A program made the position numbers and the translations under genes. From Candidatus Omnitrophica bacterium UBA6253 (lineage in GTDB: Bacteria > Omnitrophota > Gorgyraeia > Gygaellales > Profunditerraquicolaceae), in contig DJVP01000005.1 of assembly GCA_002441245.1 (NCBI GenBank), forward strand, positions 2,303-66,302: a stretch of DNA of 64,000 nt, written 5' to 3'. Each line of letters opens with the position of its first letter. Within the stretch, counting starts at the first letter, position 1. The notes beneath the pieces are model-generated. The model was not told the DNA's origin. It ran no database searches and saw only the letters and a list, made by a program, of their open reading frames with translations. Shown here piece by piece: positions 1 through 12,500 of the stretch.

Positions 1-2
1 TC

Positions 3-680
3 GAAACTGCCCGGATTAATCTTAATTACACCAAGGTTGTTTCGCCGATCTCCGGTCGCATCGGTACTTCTGCGGTCACCGACGGAGATATTGTTACTGC
101 CTATCAATCTATGGCCTTAGCAACCGTTCAGCAACTGGATCCTATTTATGTAGATATCCCGCAGTCTACTACAGAGTTGCTACGCTTGCGGAAAAGTTTG
201 GAAAAAGGACGTCTTAATCATGATCAGGTTGATTTGAGCAGGGTAAAACTTATCTTGGGGGATGGCACGCCGTATTCTCTGGATGGGAAGCTTCAGTTTC
301 AGGATATTACGGTAGATCCGACTACCAGTTCAGTAATCTTGAGGGTGATTTTCCCTAATCCGGAAGGGGTCCTTTTACCTGGAATGTTCGTCCGGGCGGT
401 AATTACCGAAGGCGTAAATGAACATGCAATCCTTATTCCTCAGCAGGGAGTTTTTCGTAACCCGAAAGGCCAGGCCCTCACCTTGATCGTGGATGCCGAA
501 AATAAAGTTCAGCAGCGGACGCTCACGCTCGATCGGGCAATTGGTGATAAGTGGCTTGTTTCTTCCGGCCTGGATCCCGGCGATCGGATAATTGTTGAGG
601 GTATTCAAAAAGTCAAAGCTGGCGAATCAGTGATAGTTGTTCCTTTTGATGCCAGCAATAAAGACAACCAGGCGGATTAA
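3..680 (+). CDS. RND efflux periplasmic adaptor (membrane fusion protein, AcrA/MexA family), 5'-truncated by the window edge
   Basis: The reading frame is open from position 3. It translates to ...INLNYTKVVSPISGRIGTSAVTDGDIV..., the canonical AcrA beta-barrel/lipoyl region. It sits immediately upstream of the RND pump gene. Confidence 0.85.
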   Translation, partial: ETARINLNYTKVVSPISGRIGTSAVTDGDIVTAYQSMALATVQQLDPIYVDIPQSTTELLRLRKSLEKGRLNHDQVDLSRVKLILGDGTPYSLDGKLQFQDITVDPTTSSVILRVIFPNPEGVLLPGMFVRAVITEGVNEHAILIPQQGVFRNPKGQALTLIVDAENKVQQRTLTLDRAIGDKWLVSSGLDPGDRIIVEGIQKVKAGESVIVVPFDASNKDNQAD

Positions 681-725
681 TAAGATACTGAAGCTGGCTG
701 TGAATATGAATTAAACGGAGAATTT

Positions 726-3700
726 ATGTTTTCGAAATTTTTTCTTGATCGTCCTGTTTTTGCCTGGGTAATTGCGATTATGATCATGGTCCTGGGGGGC
801 TTGGCGATTTTTACTCTTCCTATCGCTCAGTATCCGCCTTTAGCCCCGCCATCCATCCGGGTGGGGTGTCTTTATAACGGCGCCTCGGCCGAAACCGTGG
901 AGAATAGCGTTACGCAGATTATCGAGCAGCAAATGACCGGTTTGGATAAAATGTTGTATATGTCCAGCAGCAGTGATTCTTCCGGTATATCTACTATTGA
1001 GTTGACCTTTGCTCCGGGGACGGATCCGGACGTTGCCTGGACTAAGGTGCAGAATAAGCTTCAGTTGGCGATGGCGCGGCTTCCTGATTCAGTGCAACGC
1101 AGAGGGGTTTCAGTCCGTAAGTCAACCAAGAATTATTTGTTGATCGTGGGGATAGTTTCTGAAGACGGCAGCATGAACGCTGTTGATTTGCGTGACTATA
1201 TGCTGAGTGTTGTGCAGCCGGTTTTGGCGCGTGTGCCGGGAGTAGGTGAAGCGGAGGGTTTTGGCGGTGAATATGCCATGCGTATCTGGTTCGACCCTCA
1301 AAAGCTGACTAATTACGGATTGACCGTTGAGGATCTTACTCAGGCACTGCAAAATTACAATGTTGAGGTTTCCGGCGGACAGTTTGGCGGCGCCCCGGCT
1401 GTGGAAGGTCAGCGCCTGAATGCTTCGATTATTGTGCAAAGCCTGCTTAAGACACCTGAAGAGTTCGCTAATATCCCCATTCGTATCAATCCGGATGGTT
1501 CGATCATCAGGATCAAAGATGTGGGTCGTGCCGAGCTGGGCAGCGACATCGACGATACTAAAGTTTTTTATAACAAAGGCCAGCCGTCTGCTGCTATTGC
1601 TATCCGTCAGGAGCCGGGAGCTAACGCCTTGAAAACAGCTGACGCGATCAGGGCGAAAATGAAAGAATTGAGCCGATATTTTCCCAAAGGGGTAAAGATT
1701 ACCTATCCTTACGATACTACCCCTTTTACCCGCGTGGCTATTGATGAGGTAATCAGGACATTGATTGAGGCGATCATGCTGGTTTTCCTGGTAATGTATT
1801 TGTTTATGGGTAACATGCGGGCTACTTTGATTCCGACGATCGCAGTGCCGGTGGTTCTCTTGGGAACATTCGCGGTGCTGGGGTTGTTTGGGTATTCGAT
1901 CAATATGTTAACCATGTTTGCTATGGTTTTGGCGATCGGTTTGCTGGTGGATGACGCGATTGTGGTTGTGGAAAATGTAGAGCGGTTAATGAGCGAGGAG
2001 GGGCTTTCGCCGCGGGAGGCCTCCGCCAAATCTATGGGGCAGATTACCCCGGCGTTGGTCGGCATCGGCCTGGTGCTCTCGGCGGTTTTTGGGCCGATGG
2101 CGTTTTTCACAGGAGCTACGGGTGTCATTTACCGTCAGTTTTCCGTGACTGTAATTGCGGCAATGCTTCTTTCGGTAGTGGTGGCCTTGATTTTAACGCC
2201 GGTACTCTGCGCGACATTCTTAAAGCCTGTACCCAAGGGGCATCAGTCTGCCGAAAGCGGGGCTTGGTTCCTGCGTTCGTTCTTTAGCTGGTTCGACCGG
2301 ATTTTCTTCCGGATCCGCGACCGGTATGTGGGGATGGTTGGGCATTCTTTTAATCGAAACGCACGTTATGTTTTTTTCTACCTTTTGATAGTAGTGGGGA
2401 TGTTAATTATTTTCATGCGTATGCCCACGGGTTATCTTCCGGACGAGGACCAGGGGCTTTTAGCAGTTATGGGTTCGCTGCCTTCAGGATCCACGCTGGA
2501 GCAGACCGAAACGGTGATGGAAAAGGTCCGGAATTATTTTATGGCCAACGAAAAAAAAGCAGTTGATTCTGTTTTGACTATTTCCGGACAAAATCAATCC
2601 GGCCGCGGACAAAATATAGGTATGGCGTTTGTTAAACTTAAGGATTGGAATTTGCGTAAAAAGAAGAGTTTAAAGGCTGATGCGGTGGCGGATCGGGCAA
2701 TGAAAGATTTCGAAAAGTATAAAGAGGCACTGGTTTACGTTTTTCCTCCTCCGGCGATCATTGAATTGGGTAATGCCAAGGGGTTTGATTTCGAGCTTCA
2801 GGATCGCAGCGGAGTCGGGCATGAAAAGTTAATGGAGGCTCGCGATCAGCTTATTGAAATGGCCAAAAAGGATCCGCGCCTGACCCGCGTGAGAGCCAAC
2901 GGACTGGAAGATGTAGCTCAATACAAGATCGATTTGGATTGGGAGAAAGCCGGAAGCCTGGGGGTTTCTATTTCTTCCATTCAGGATACGATCTCTACCG
3001 CCTTTGGTTCCAGTTACGTTAATGACTTTATTAAAGATGGGCGGATTAAGCACGTAGACATCCAGGCTGATGCCCCTTATCGCATGCTGCCTGGGGATTT
3101 AAAAAACCTTTACGTGCGTAATAGCAAAGGAAAAATGGTGCCTTATGCGTCTTTTGCATCCGGCCACTGGGGCTTTGGATCTCCTAAATTGGAGCGTTTT
3201 AATGCTTTTCCTTCCATTAATATCTGGGGAGAGCCGGCAAAGGGAAAAAGTTCCGGAGAGGCTATGCAGGCGATGGAAGAGCTTGCCTCTAAGCTGCCCC
3301 GTGATTTTGGTTATGATTGGACCGGGCTTTCTTATCAGGAACGGCAAAGCGGATTTCAGGCGGGACCGCTTTACGCTTTTTCTATCCTGATCATCTTTTT
3401 ATGTGTAGCGGCTTTGTATGAAAGTTGGAGTATCCCCATTGTTAACCTGTTGATGCTGCCGTTAGGCGTTTTCGGGGCCACGCTGGCAACCTGGATGCGT
3501 GGAATGCCTAACGACGTTTATTTCCAGATCGGGTTTCTTACCACCTTGGGTCTATCTACTAAAAACGCTATTTTGATTATTCAGTTCGCCCAGCAGCGAC
3601 TGGAACATGGAGAAAAACTGGTTGAGGCAATTTTGGGGGCGGTAAGAACCCGTTTCCGTCCGGTAATTATGACTTCGATGGCTTTCTTTTTCGGTGTTTT

Positions 3701-3908
3701 GCCGCTGGCGATTAGTTCCGGCGCCGGAGCCGGAGCGCAGAACGCGATTGGAACGGCGGTTGTCGGGGGCATGCTTTCAGCCACATTCATCGACCTTATT
3801 TTTATCCCGCTATTTTTTATCCTCGTGACCCGCTTTTTTAAGCGTAAGCAAAAGCATCAGGTTGCTCCTGGTAATACGGATTTTAAGGAATTGCCGGATA
3901 AAGATTAA
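726..3908 (+). CDS. RND multidrug efflux pump, inner membrane permease (HAE1 / AcrB-MexB family)
   Basis: 1060 aa with 12 TM segments. The N-terminus reads MFSKFFLDRPVFAWVIAIMIMVLGG... Family motifs are present (e.g. VENVERLM, the FFFGVLPLA region). An RBS (GGAG) precedes the start. Confidence 0.95.
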   Translation: MFSKFFLDRPVFAWVIAIMIMVLGGLAIFTLPIAQYPPLAPPSIRVGCLYNGASAETVENSVTQIIEQQMTGLDKMLYMSSSSDSSGISTIELTFAPGTDPDVAWTKVQNKLQLAMARLPDSVQRRGVSVRKSTKNYLLIVGIVSEDGSMNAVDLRDYMLSVVQPVLARVPGVGEAEGFGGEYAMRIWFDPQKLTNYGLTVEDLTQALQNYNVEVSGGQFGGAPAVEGQRLNASIIVQSLLKTPEEFANIPIRINPDGSIIRIKDVGRAELGSDIDDTKVFYNKGQPSAAIAIRQEPGANALKTADAIRAKMKELSRYFPKGVKITYPYDTTPFTRVAIDEVIRTLIEAIMLVFLVMYLFMGNMRATLIPTIAVPVVLLGTFAVLGLFGYSINMLTMFAMVLAIGLLVDDAIVVVENVERLMSEEGLSPREASAKSMGQITPALVGIGLVLSAVFGPMAFFTGATGVIYRQFSVTVIAAMLLSVVVALILTPVLCATFLKPVPKGHQSAESGAWFLRSFFSWFDRIFFRIRDRYVGMVGHSFNRNARYVFFYLLIVVGMLIIFMRMPTGYLPDEDQGLLAVMGSLPSGSTLEQTETVMEKVRNYFMANEKKAVDSVLTISGQNQSGRGQNIGMAFVKLKDWNLRKKKSLKADAVADRAMKDFEKYKEALVYVFPPPAIIELGNAKGFDFELQDRSGVGHEKLMEARDQLIEMAKKDPRLTRVRANGLEDVAQYKIDLDWEKAGSLGVSISSIQDTISTAFGSSYVNDFIKDGRIKHVDIQADAPYRMLPGDLKNLYVRNSKGKMVPYASFASGHWGFGSPKLERFNAFPSINIWGEPAKGKSSGEAMQAMEELASKLPRDFGYDWTGLSYQERQSGFQAGPLYAFSILIIFLCVAALYESWSIPIVNLLMLPLGVFGATLATWMRGMPNDVYFQIGFLTTLGLSTKNAILIIQFAQQRLEHGEKLVEAILGAVRTRFRPVIMTSMAFFFGVLPLAISSGAGAGAQNAIGTAVVGGMLSATFIDLIFIPLFFILVTRFFKRKQKHQVAPGNTDFKELPDKD

Positions 3909-3909
3909 T

Positions 3910-5409
3910 ATGAAACGAATACTCTTTTTAATTTTAATAATTACCGTTTGCCTGAGCGGCTGTACCATGATTCCGAAATACAGCCGGCCGGAGAGTCCGG
4001 TTCCTGAACGCTGGCCAAGTGGGTCTGCTTATCAGCAGATGCCTCCGGCGCCTAAAGTTTTGGATGCTACGCAATTAAAATGGCGGGAATTCTTTGCCGA
4101 CCAAAAACTTCAGCAGATTATCGCGATGGCCCTTGATAATAACCGGGATCTTCGGTTGGCTGCTTTGAATGTTGAAAAGGCGCGTGCGCTGTACGGCGTC
4201 CAGCGGGCAAAATTGTTTCCGGTTGTCAACGCGGGAGCGGGATTAGATAAAGAACAGTATTCTTCTGATTTTATAAGTTCCGGAGCCCCCAGAAGAGTTG
4301 ACCAATATAGCGTCAACCTGGGTATTACTTCCTGGGAGATTGATTTTTTTGGGCGTATTCGCAGTTTAAAAAAACAGGCGCTGGAAGAATACTTAGGTAC
4401 GCAAGAGGCCCGCCGCAGCGCTCAGATTACATTGGTTTTGGAAGTTGTCAGGACGTATTTGATGATTGCCGCGGACAGGGAAAATCTTGAACTGGGTCGG
4501 TCTACCCTTAAGGCGCAGGAAGATGCTTATAGTATAGTTTCACGGAAATATAAAATTAATCTGGTCAATGAAATAGACCTGGAGCGGGCGCAAACCCAGG
4601 TGGATACTGCCTGGGGGGATGTTGTGCTTTATACACAGCAGGCCGCGCAGGATGAAAATGCCTTAAACCTTTTGGCCGGTTCTCCGGTTCCGGAAGACCT
4701 CTTGCCTCTTAATCTGGCAAGTATCAGCCCATTTATGGATATTTCTCCTGGTCTGTCTTCTGAGGTTCTTTTGAAACGGCCGGATATTATATTGGCTGAA
4801 CACCAGTTAAAGGGAGCTTATGCCAATATAGGGGCGGCCCGTGCCGCATTTTTCCCCAGTATTTCGCTGACTACTACTTTTGGTTCCGCGAGCAATGAAT
4901 TCTCCGGATTGTTTAAGGCCGGTAAGGGGACATGGACTTACGCCCCACAGGTAGTGATGCCGATTTTTGATGCCCGCACTTGGGCGGCATACAGGGTTAG
5001 TAAAGCGGATCGCAAGATTGCCTTGGCCCAATATGAGAAAGTTATCCAGACTGCTTTCAGGGAAGTTTCTGATGTTCTTGCTGTACGGGGAACGGTGGAT
5101 CAACAGATTTCCTTGCAGCAGTCGATAGTTGATTCTGCGCAGAAGGTTTATCTTCTTTCAAGCAAGCGCTACGCGAATGGAATCGACAGCTATTTGAGCG
5201 TCCTTGATGCGCAGCGATCGCTTTATAGCGCGCAGCAGGGGCTCATTTCTTTAAAGCTATCCAAGTTTGTAAATGAAGTGAAGGCTTACGCGGTGCTTGG
5301 AGGAGGCGGGTTTAATGAGGCAGATGAGCAGATGAGCGATAGTCGCGATTTGTTTGAAGAAAATGTTCTTTCGTTATTGGATCTTAAGCTTGGAAAATCA
5401 AGGCGTTGA
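3910..5409 (+). CDS. RND efflux outer membrane factor lipoprotein (NodT/OprM family)
   Basis: Lipobox LSGC follows the signal peptide (MKRILFLILIITVCLSGC). The two-repeat OEP architecture and length match OprM. The likelier start is the ATG at 3910, not the upstream ORF-track start that overlaps acrB. Confidence 0.9.
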   Translation: MKRILFLILIITVCLSGCTMIPKYSRPESPVPERWPSGSAYQQMPPAPKVLDATQLKWREFFADQKLQQIIAMALDNNRDLRLAALNVEKARALYGVQRAKLFPVVNAGAGLDKEQYSSDFISSGAPRRVDQYSVNLGITSWEIDFFGRIRSLKKQALEEYLGTQEARRSAQITLVLEVVRTYLMIAADRENLELGRSTLKAQEDAYSIVSRKYKINLVNEIDLERAQTQVDTAWGDVVLYTQQAAQDENALNLLAGSPVPEDLLPLNLASISPFMDISPGLSSEVLLKRPDIILAEHQLKGAYANIGAARAAFFPSISLTTTFGSASNEFSGLFKAGKGTWTYAPQVVMPIFDARTWAAYRVSKADRKIALAQYEKVIQTAFREVSDVLAVRGTVDQQISLQQSIVDSAQKVYLLSSKRYANGIDSYLSVLDAQRSLYSAQQGLISLKLSKFVNEVKAYAVLGGGGFNEADEQMSDSRDLFEENVLSLLDLKLGKSRR

Positions 5410-5486
5410 AGAATCTTCATGGGGAAGTATCCAGCCAGAATATTCTTGATATAACTGGTATTGTACATAAAGAATGGATAGCTAAA

Positions 5487-6317
5487 ATGAATAATGTGAA
5501 AAATATTAAAAGAATGAAACTTTACCGTCATCCTGAGCGGATTTACAGTGAGCTTGAATCAATCGGATATAAAAAAGATATTCCGTTGAAGGCAGCAGAC
5601 ATATCTTCTTTTGACCAGTATCATTATTTAGGTACCGAAGCAGTTGATGATGCTATAGGTTGCTTGAATGTTTGTTCTAAAAATAAACTGATAGAGATAG
5701 GTTCTGGTTTAGGAGGTCCTGCGAGATACCTGGCGGAGAAAACGGGTTGTCATGTAACCGCTCTTGAGCTCCAATCAGACCTGAACCAGATAGCATGTTC
5801 TTTGACAGAACGTTGTAATCTATCTGAGTCCGTCGATCATTTATGCGGTGATATTCTTGACTTTCCGGAACAAGGCGCTAATTTTGATGCCGTGGTAAGT
5901 TGGCTTTCGTTTTTACATATCCAGGACCGGGTGGCCCTTTTAAAGAAGTGTTATAGTATCCTGAAACCGGGTGGTAAAATTTTTATCGAGGATTATTGCA
6001 AGCGTGGTGAGTTTGGCCGGCAAGAATTAAAGATATTGTCCGAGGACGTTCAATGCTCATATCTGCCTACGGCGGAGGAATACAAAGGTCAGCTCATTGA
6101 GAATGGTTTTACGAAGATTGAGCTAGTCGATAAGACGGCGTGTTGGAGTAATTTTGTGAAAGAGCGCCTGGATAAATTTATCAAAAACCGCAATTGTTAT
6201 GTAAAGATACATGGTGTTGAGATTGCGGAAGAGATGGAAGACTTCTATAAAAAAATATTACAGCTTTTTCATAAAGGTAATCTTGGAGGGTTGAGGATTA
6301 CAGCTGTTAAGGGGTAG
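5487..6317 (+). CDS. Class I SAM-dependent methyltransferase
   Basis: Glycine-rich SAM motif I (IEIGSGLGGPARYLAEKTG) followed by motif II/III spacing (VVSWLSFLHI, LKPGGKIFIED). The start is uncertain: 5406 in the ORF track versus the internal ATG at 5487 chosen here. Confidence 0.6.
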   Translation: MNNVKNIKRMKLYRHPERIYSELESIGYKKDIPLKAADISSFDQYHYLGTEAVDDAIGCLNVCSKNKLIEIGSGLGGPARYLAEKTGCHVTALELQSDLNQIACSLTERCNLSESVDHLCGDILDFPEQGANFDAVVSWLSFLHIQDRVALLKKCYSILKPGGKIFIEDYCKRGEFGRQELKILSEDVQCSYLPTAEEYKGQLIENGFTKIELVDKTACWSNFVKERLDKFIKNRNCYVKIHGVEIAEEMEDFYKKILQLFHKGNLGGLRITAVKG

Positions 6318-6360
6318 CCTCCTTCTAAAGAACAGAAATGATAGGGAGGGGGAATAGTTT

Positions 6361-6396
6361 AGGCCTATGATCTGAATGTGGATCATAGGTTTTTTC
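6361..6396 (+). terminator. Intrinsic terminator after the methyltransferase gene
   Basis: CCTATGATC-tgaatgtg-GATCATAGG is a perfect 9-bp inverted repeat, followed by TTTTTT. Confidence 0.7.
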
Positions 6397-6578
6397 GTTG
6401 CAGGTGGCAACATCCCGGAAATCCAATGGGGGTGGTCACAATTCCTGGGGTAAAGCCAGCCCTAAGATTTTATATAACCGAAACATCATTTATGGTGTAT
6501 AATAATTCAAAGGAAACATTATTCTAGAAATTTTATTTTCTATAGGTTTTACTTACAGAAAAGGAACAGGAGACGGTA

Positions 6579-9500
6579 TTGCCTTTAAAATCTTTCCAGG
6601 ATTATATTTTGCCTCTTAAAATGCGCCTTGGCGCCTCTCTGGCTTGGAATAATAATGTTGAGGAACAGCCTCTGCGTGCTGAACTTTTCAGCATTGAGCA
6701 GTTCAAGACACATGCGAAAAACCTTGCCCAGGGGCACCTGGTCAGTTACAAAAAGGGGCGCAACAGGCTATTGTTGCGGCTGAAGAAGAATGAAAAGGTC
6801 CTTGCCGAGATCCATGATCTCCTTAATGAGACCGGCAAATCCAAACGAAAGATCTCGCCGGCCGGAGAATGGCTTCTTGATAACTACTACCTTATTGAAG
6901 AACAAATAAGGCTTGCCCAGAAATACCTTCCGGAAAATTACATTCGTGAATTACCTTACCTTTCTCAGGGTGAGCTTGCCGGCTATCCGCGAGTTTATGA
7001 GCTGGCGATGGAGCTTGTTTCTCACGGTGACGGGCGGCTGGATATTCAGGGGCTTACGGAATTTGTCACGGCTTATCAAAGCGTCAGTTACCTGAAACTT
7101 GGCGAACTGTGGGCTATTCCTATTATGTTAAGGCTGGCGCTTATTGAGAATTTAAGGCGTGTTTCTTCCCGTCTGATCGTGGCTCAAACGGAAAGGGATA
7201 AAGCGAATTATTGGGCGACGCGCATCCTGGACGTTTCGGCTAAAGATACCGACGGGGTAATCTTTGAAATTGCGGCGATGTCCAAGGCTAACCTGCTGCT
7301 TTCCGATGCTTTTGTCGCTGAATTCACGCGGCGTCTGCATGGCCAAAGCCAGGTACTTAATCTTCCTTTTACCTGGTTGGAAAAGAAGCTTTCGGAGCAG
7401 GGAGAGACCCTTGATAGGATTATCCGGGCGACCAGCCAGAAACAGGCGGCGGACCAGGTCTCAATAGCCAATACGATCGGGAGCCTGCGTCTTCTGGGGG
7501 TTACTGATTGGCATGATTTTGTCGAGGCGCTAAGCGTTGTCGAAAAGGTTCTGGGCCAGGATCCCTCAGGGGATTATACCCTGATGTCTTTTTCGACCCG
7601 TGATCGTTACCGGCATGTAATTGAAAAGCTTTCTTTGAGAAGTAAGATCAAGGAAGAGGAGGTTGCGGCGCATGCGATCCGGATGGCGAAAAAGGCAAAA
7701 ACGGAAAAAGGGTCTGACCATGTCACGGCGCATGTAGGTTTTTACCTTCTTGACCGGGGCCTGGAGCTTTTTTGTCGCGAATTGGGCTTGCATTTATCTT
7801 TACGCCAGTATCTTCAGGCGAAAAAAACTTTTTGGCCGTCTGTCCTGTTTTTTGGCTCCGTTACTTTGTTGACCCTTGCCTTGAGCGTAGGCATCCTTAA
7901 TTGGATACAGCCTGCGGGGATATTAAGTTGGCCGTGGTTTGTCTTATTCGGGGTATCGCTTCTGCTTACGACAAGCCAGATGGTGGTTTCGCTGGTAAAC
8001 TGGTTTTCTATGATACTCGTGAGCCCCCAAGACCTTCCCCGGATGGATTTTTCGGAAGGGATCCCCGCGTATGCCCATACCCTGGCTGTAGTTCCTTGTA
8101 TGCTTAGTGATATCCGGACAGTCGGTTCGCTTCTCGAAGAATTGGAGGTTCGGTATCTAGCGAATATTGACCCGAATACGGATTTTGCGCTCTTGACGGA
8201 TTTTTGCGATGCACCGCAGGAGACGATGCCTGAAGATGAGGCGCTTCTTGCGCAGGTCATAGACGGAATCGAAAAGTTGAATTACAAATACCGGTTGCAG
8301 AAAAATCATGTTTTCTGTCTTCTTCACAGGTCTCGCCGGTGGGATGAAAGAGAAAAGGTATGGATGGGGTATGAACGCAAGCGGGGTAAGCTCGGGGATC
8401 TGAACGCATTCCTTCGCGGAAAAGGCGAAGGACGGTTCAGTGTGGTTCTCGGCGATCCCCAGAGGCTTCAGGAAGTGAAATATGTTATTACGCTGGATGC
8501 AGACACCCGGATGTCCCGCAACGCGGCCCGGGAGCTCGTGGGGGTCATCGCGCATCCCTTGAACCGGGCGGTCTATGACGAGAAAAAACAACGGGTTGTT
8601 TCCGGATACGGGATTCTTCAGCCCCGGGTTGAACCCAGCTATCCCGGAGAAAATCCTTCATTGTTCGTGAAGATCTTCGGAGGGGATACGGGGATTGATC
8701 CTTATACCAAAGCGGTCTCCGATGTTTACCAGGATCTTTTCTTTGAAGGTTCTTTTATTGGCAAAGGGCTATATGATGTAGACGCGTTTGAAAGTTCCAT
8801 GAAAGACCGCTTCCCGGAGAATTCTATATTAAGCCATGATCTTTTGGAGGGTTGTTATGCCCGTTCGGGGTTGGTGACGGATGTCCAATTCTACGAGGGA
8901 TATCCCTCAGGGTATCTTAAAGATTCAAGCCGCAGGCACCGTTGGATCCGCGGGGACTGGCAGATTGCTCCCTGGCTTTTTACTATGGTTCGCGGCCTCG
9001 GAGGCGCAAAAGTAAGAAATCCGATTTCTTTCCTGTCGCAATGGAAGATTGCGGATAATTTAAGACGCAGCCTTGTTCCTTTAGCGACGGTTATCTTGTT
9101 TTTATCAGGATGGATGTTTTTTCAGCCGTCCTGGATATGGTCGGTTTTCGTGATTGTTCTTCTTGGTTTTCCGCTTGTCCCGATGTCTTTGGTGGAGGCG
9201 GTGAGGAAATCCGAGAATCTGACCTTTAAAACCCATTTTGGGTCGGTGTTGTCTTCATTTAAAAAGAACACGCTCCAGTTTTTCTTTTCACTTGTTTTCT
9301 TGCTGCACGAGGCGCTCTATTGCCTGGATGCGATCGTGCGTACTTTGTGGAGAATGTTTTTTTCGCGGAGACGTTTGTTAAAATGGAGGACTTTCCTTGA
9401 AATGGAAGCCTCCTTGTCGAACCATATTTCAGGTTATTACAAGAGTATGTTGTTGGCGCCGGTTGCCGCTGTTGTGCTGTTGGTTTGTTTTCTATTGTTA

Positions 9501-12500
9501 TTTCCGCGTTTAGACGGATTGGTTTTGGTTTTTTTAAGCCTATGGTTTGTTTCTCCCGCGATTGCTTATGGTATCAGTCAACCTGCCCTTGTCCGCAAGA
9601 TTCTACTTTCCAAAGCGCAAACCATTTTCTTAAGGAAACTTGCCCGGAGGGATTGGGCGTTCTTTGAGAATTTTGTGACCGAAAAAAGCCATTGGCTGCC
9701 GCCGGATAATTTTCAGGAGGAGCCTATTAGCATCCTTGCCCATAGGACTTCTCCGACAAATATCGGCCTGTTGCTGCTTTCGAATTTGACGGCTTATGAT
9801 TTTGGTTATGTTTCCATGGGGATGATGTTCCACCGTACGGAGAAAACATTCGACACTCTTAATCTTATGGAAAGATTCAGGGGGCATTTTTACAACTGGT
9901 ACGATACGGAGACGCTTAAGCCCCTGGCGCCTCTTTATATCTCATCGGTGGATAGCGGGAACTTGGCAGGCCATTTAATGGTTTTGCGTTCGGGGCTGGC
10001 GGAAATGAATTCACATAAGATAATCTCTACGAAGATATTTGATGGGTTTAGGGATACCCTGGAGATATTGCGTCAAAGTGTGGCGGAGCTTGAAAAAAGC
10101 CAAAAGAGCGGCGTAGCCGGGTCCCTCCGGACAGTTTCCGAAAAGATCGAGCAATTTCAGGAAAAGGGCAGGTTCTCTCCCGCGCGCCTTTCAGAGGTTT
10201 ATATGTTCCTGCGCCAGCTTTCAACGGATATCTCAAAGATTCTTTCGGGCCTGGACCAGAAACATTATGAGCACGGTAAAAAATGGGCCCGCGCCCTCGA
10301 GCGGCAATGTTACGACTTCCTGGAGGATATGTCTTTTATCGCCCCTTGGATACTGCTTGCCCCGGAAATGCCGGGGATGTGGGATGAGGGGGATGACAAG
10401 CAACAGGAGCGGCTTGTTCAACTCCGGGAGTCTCTGCGGTACTTGGACGAGATCCCTGCGCTCGGGGAAGTGGCCAGGATTGAGCAGAAGCTGGTCCCGC
10501 TTATCGAGGAGATAATGGGTGCTATGCGTGTTACGGATGATGAATCGAAAAGGGTATACGAATGGTTTTTGAAACTTCGCGACACTATTAAAGATGCCGG
10601 GACGCGATCCGCCGAAAGGATTAAGGCAATAGATTATATTGTGTTGCGGTGTAACGAAATTTCCGAAATAGAATATGAATTCCTGTATGACAAGGGCACG
10701 CACCTTTTATCTATCGGATATAATGTCAGCGAGCATAAGGTGGATCGGGGCTGTTATGACCTTCTGGCCTCTGAGGCCCGGTTTTGCAGTTTTGTCGCTA
10801 TCGCCCAGGGGAAAATGCCTCAGGACCATTGGTTCAAGCTCGGCCGGATGATCGCCAAATGCGAAGGAGACCCTGTGCTGGTTTCCTGGGGCGGGTCGAT
10901 GTTTGAGTATCTTATGCCCCTTTTGGTAATGCCGACCTATGCCGGGAGCCTGTTGGACCGGACCTATAAAGCTGCGGTCAGCGGCCAGATCCGGTATGCG
11001 GCCAAGAACAATATTCCCTGGGGGATATCAGAATCCGGTTACAATAAGATCGACTCGAATATGATTTATCAATATCATTCCTTTGGAGTTCCGGATATGG
11101 GTTTTAAGCGTGGCCTTGGGGAGGATTTGGTTGTAGCTCCGTATGCTTCTATGCTGGCCTTGATGGTGGAGCCGGAGAAGGCTTGCGAAAATCTCGAACG
11201 TTTATCCGAAGAAGGGGCAAGAGGAGTTTATGGCCTTTATGAAGCTATTGATTATACGCCAGCGCGCCTTGCTCCGGATGAAACACGAGTGGTCGTGAAA
11301 TCCTACATGGCGCATCATCAGGGGATGAGTTTGTTGTCTTTGTCTTATGTGCTTTTGGGCCGCCCTATGCAAAGGCGTTTTCTTGCGGAGCCGATGTTTA
11401 AATCAACTGAACTCCTGCTTCAAGAGCGTGTTCCGACCACCGAGCCGTTTCTTTATGATTTTGAAGTGACCGGAATGCTCAGAAAATTCGGAGACAAGGA
11501 AACCCTTTTGAGAGTGTTTACGACTTCTCAAACTCCGGTACCTGAAGTCCACCCTCTATCTAACGGCCGTTACCATGTAATGGTCACTAACTCTGGAGGA
11601 GGCTATAGCCGATGGCAAAATATAGCCGTTACGCGCTGGAGAGAAGATTCAGCCTTGGATAATGACGGAACATTTATTTATCTTAGGGATGTGGAGTCCG
11701 GGCAATTCTGGTCATCGGCATATCAGCCTACGCAAAAAATTCCCAAGAACTATGAAGCCTTGTTTTCCCAAGCTTGGGCGGAGTTCAAGCGCAGGGACTA
11801 TCAGATTGAGACGCATACTGAGATTGCAGTTTCTCCGGAAGATGATATCGAGCTGCGCAGGGTGACGATCACCAACAGGTCCCGCAACAAGCGTGTCATT
11901 GAGGTGACAAGTTATGCGGAAGTCGTTCTAAATGATCCTGCAAGCGATCAGGACAACCGGGCGTTTAGCAATTTATTTGTACAGACCGAAATTATCAGGA
12001 CTCACCAGGCGATCCTTTGCCGGCGCAGGCCGCGCTCCGATGAAGAAACGTTTCCATGGATGTTGCACTTGATGGCGGTCCATGGAAATGCAGTCTTGGG
12101 TGCTTCATATGAGACAGACCGTAGCAAGTTTATTGGGCGAGGCCGCACCGTGGCTGATCCCGTGGCGATGAAAGGGCCTGGTCAGCTTTTGGACAGCGAG
12201 GGTTCTGTGCTTGATCCGATTGTTTCGATACGTAGCCGTATTGAATTGGCTCCGGACGAATCAGCGGTTATTGATTATGTGACCGGAATATGCGAGAGCC
12301 GGGAGGCGGCACAGGCGTTGATGGAAAAATACCGGGACAGGAACCTTGCCGACCGTGTTTTTAATCTGGCCTGGACCCAGGGACAGGTTGCTTTGCAGCA
12401 GATCAATGCGACAGAGGCGGCTGCACAGCTCTATGGCCGCCTGGCAAGTGCCATTTTGTACGCGAATCCCGCCTGGCGGGCGAGCGCAAGTATTTTGCGG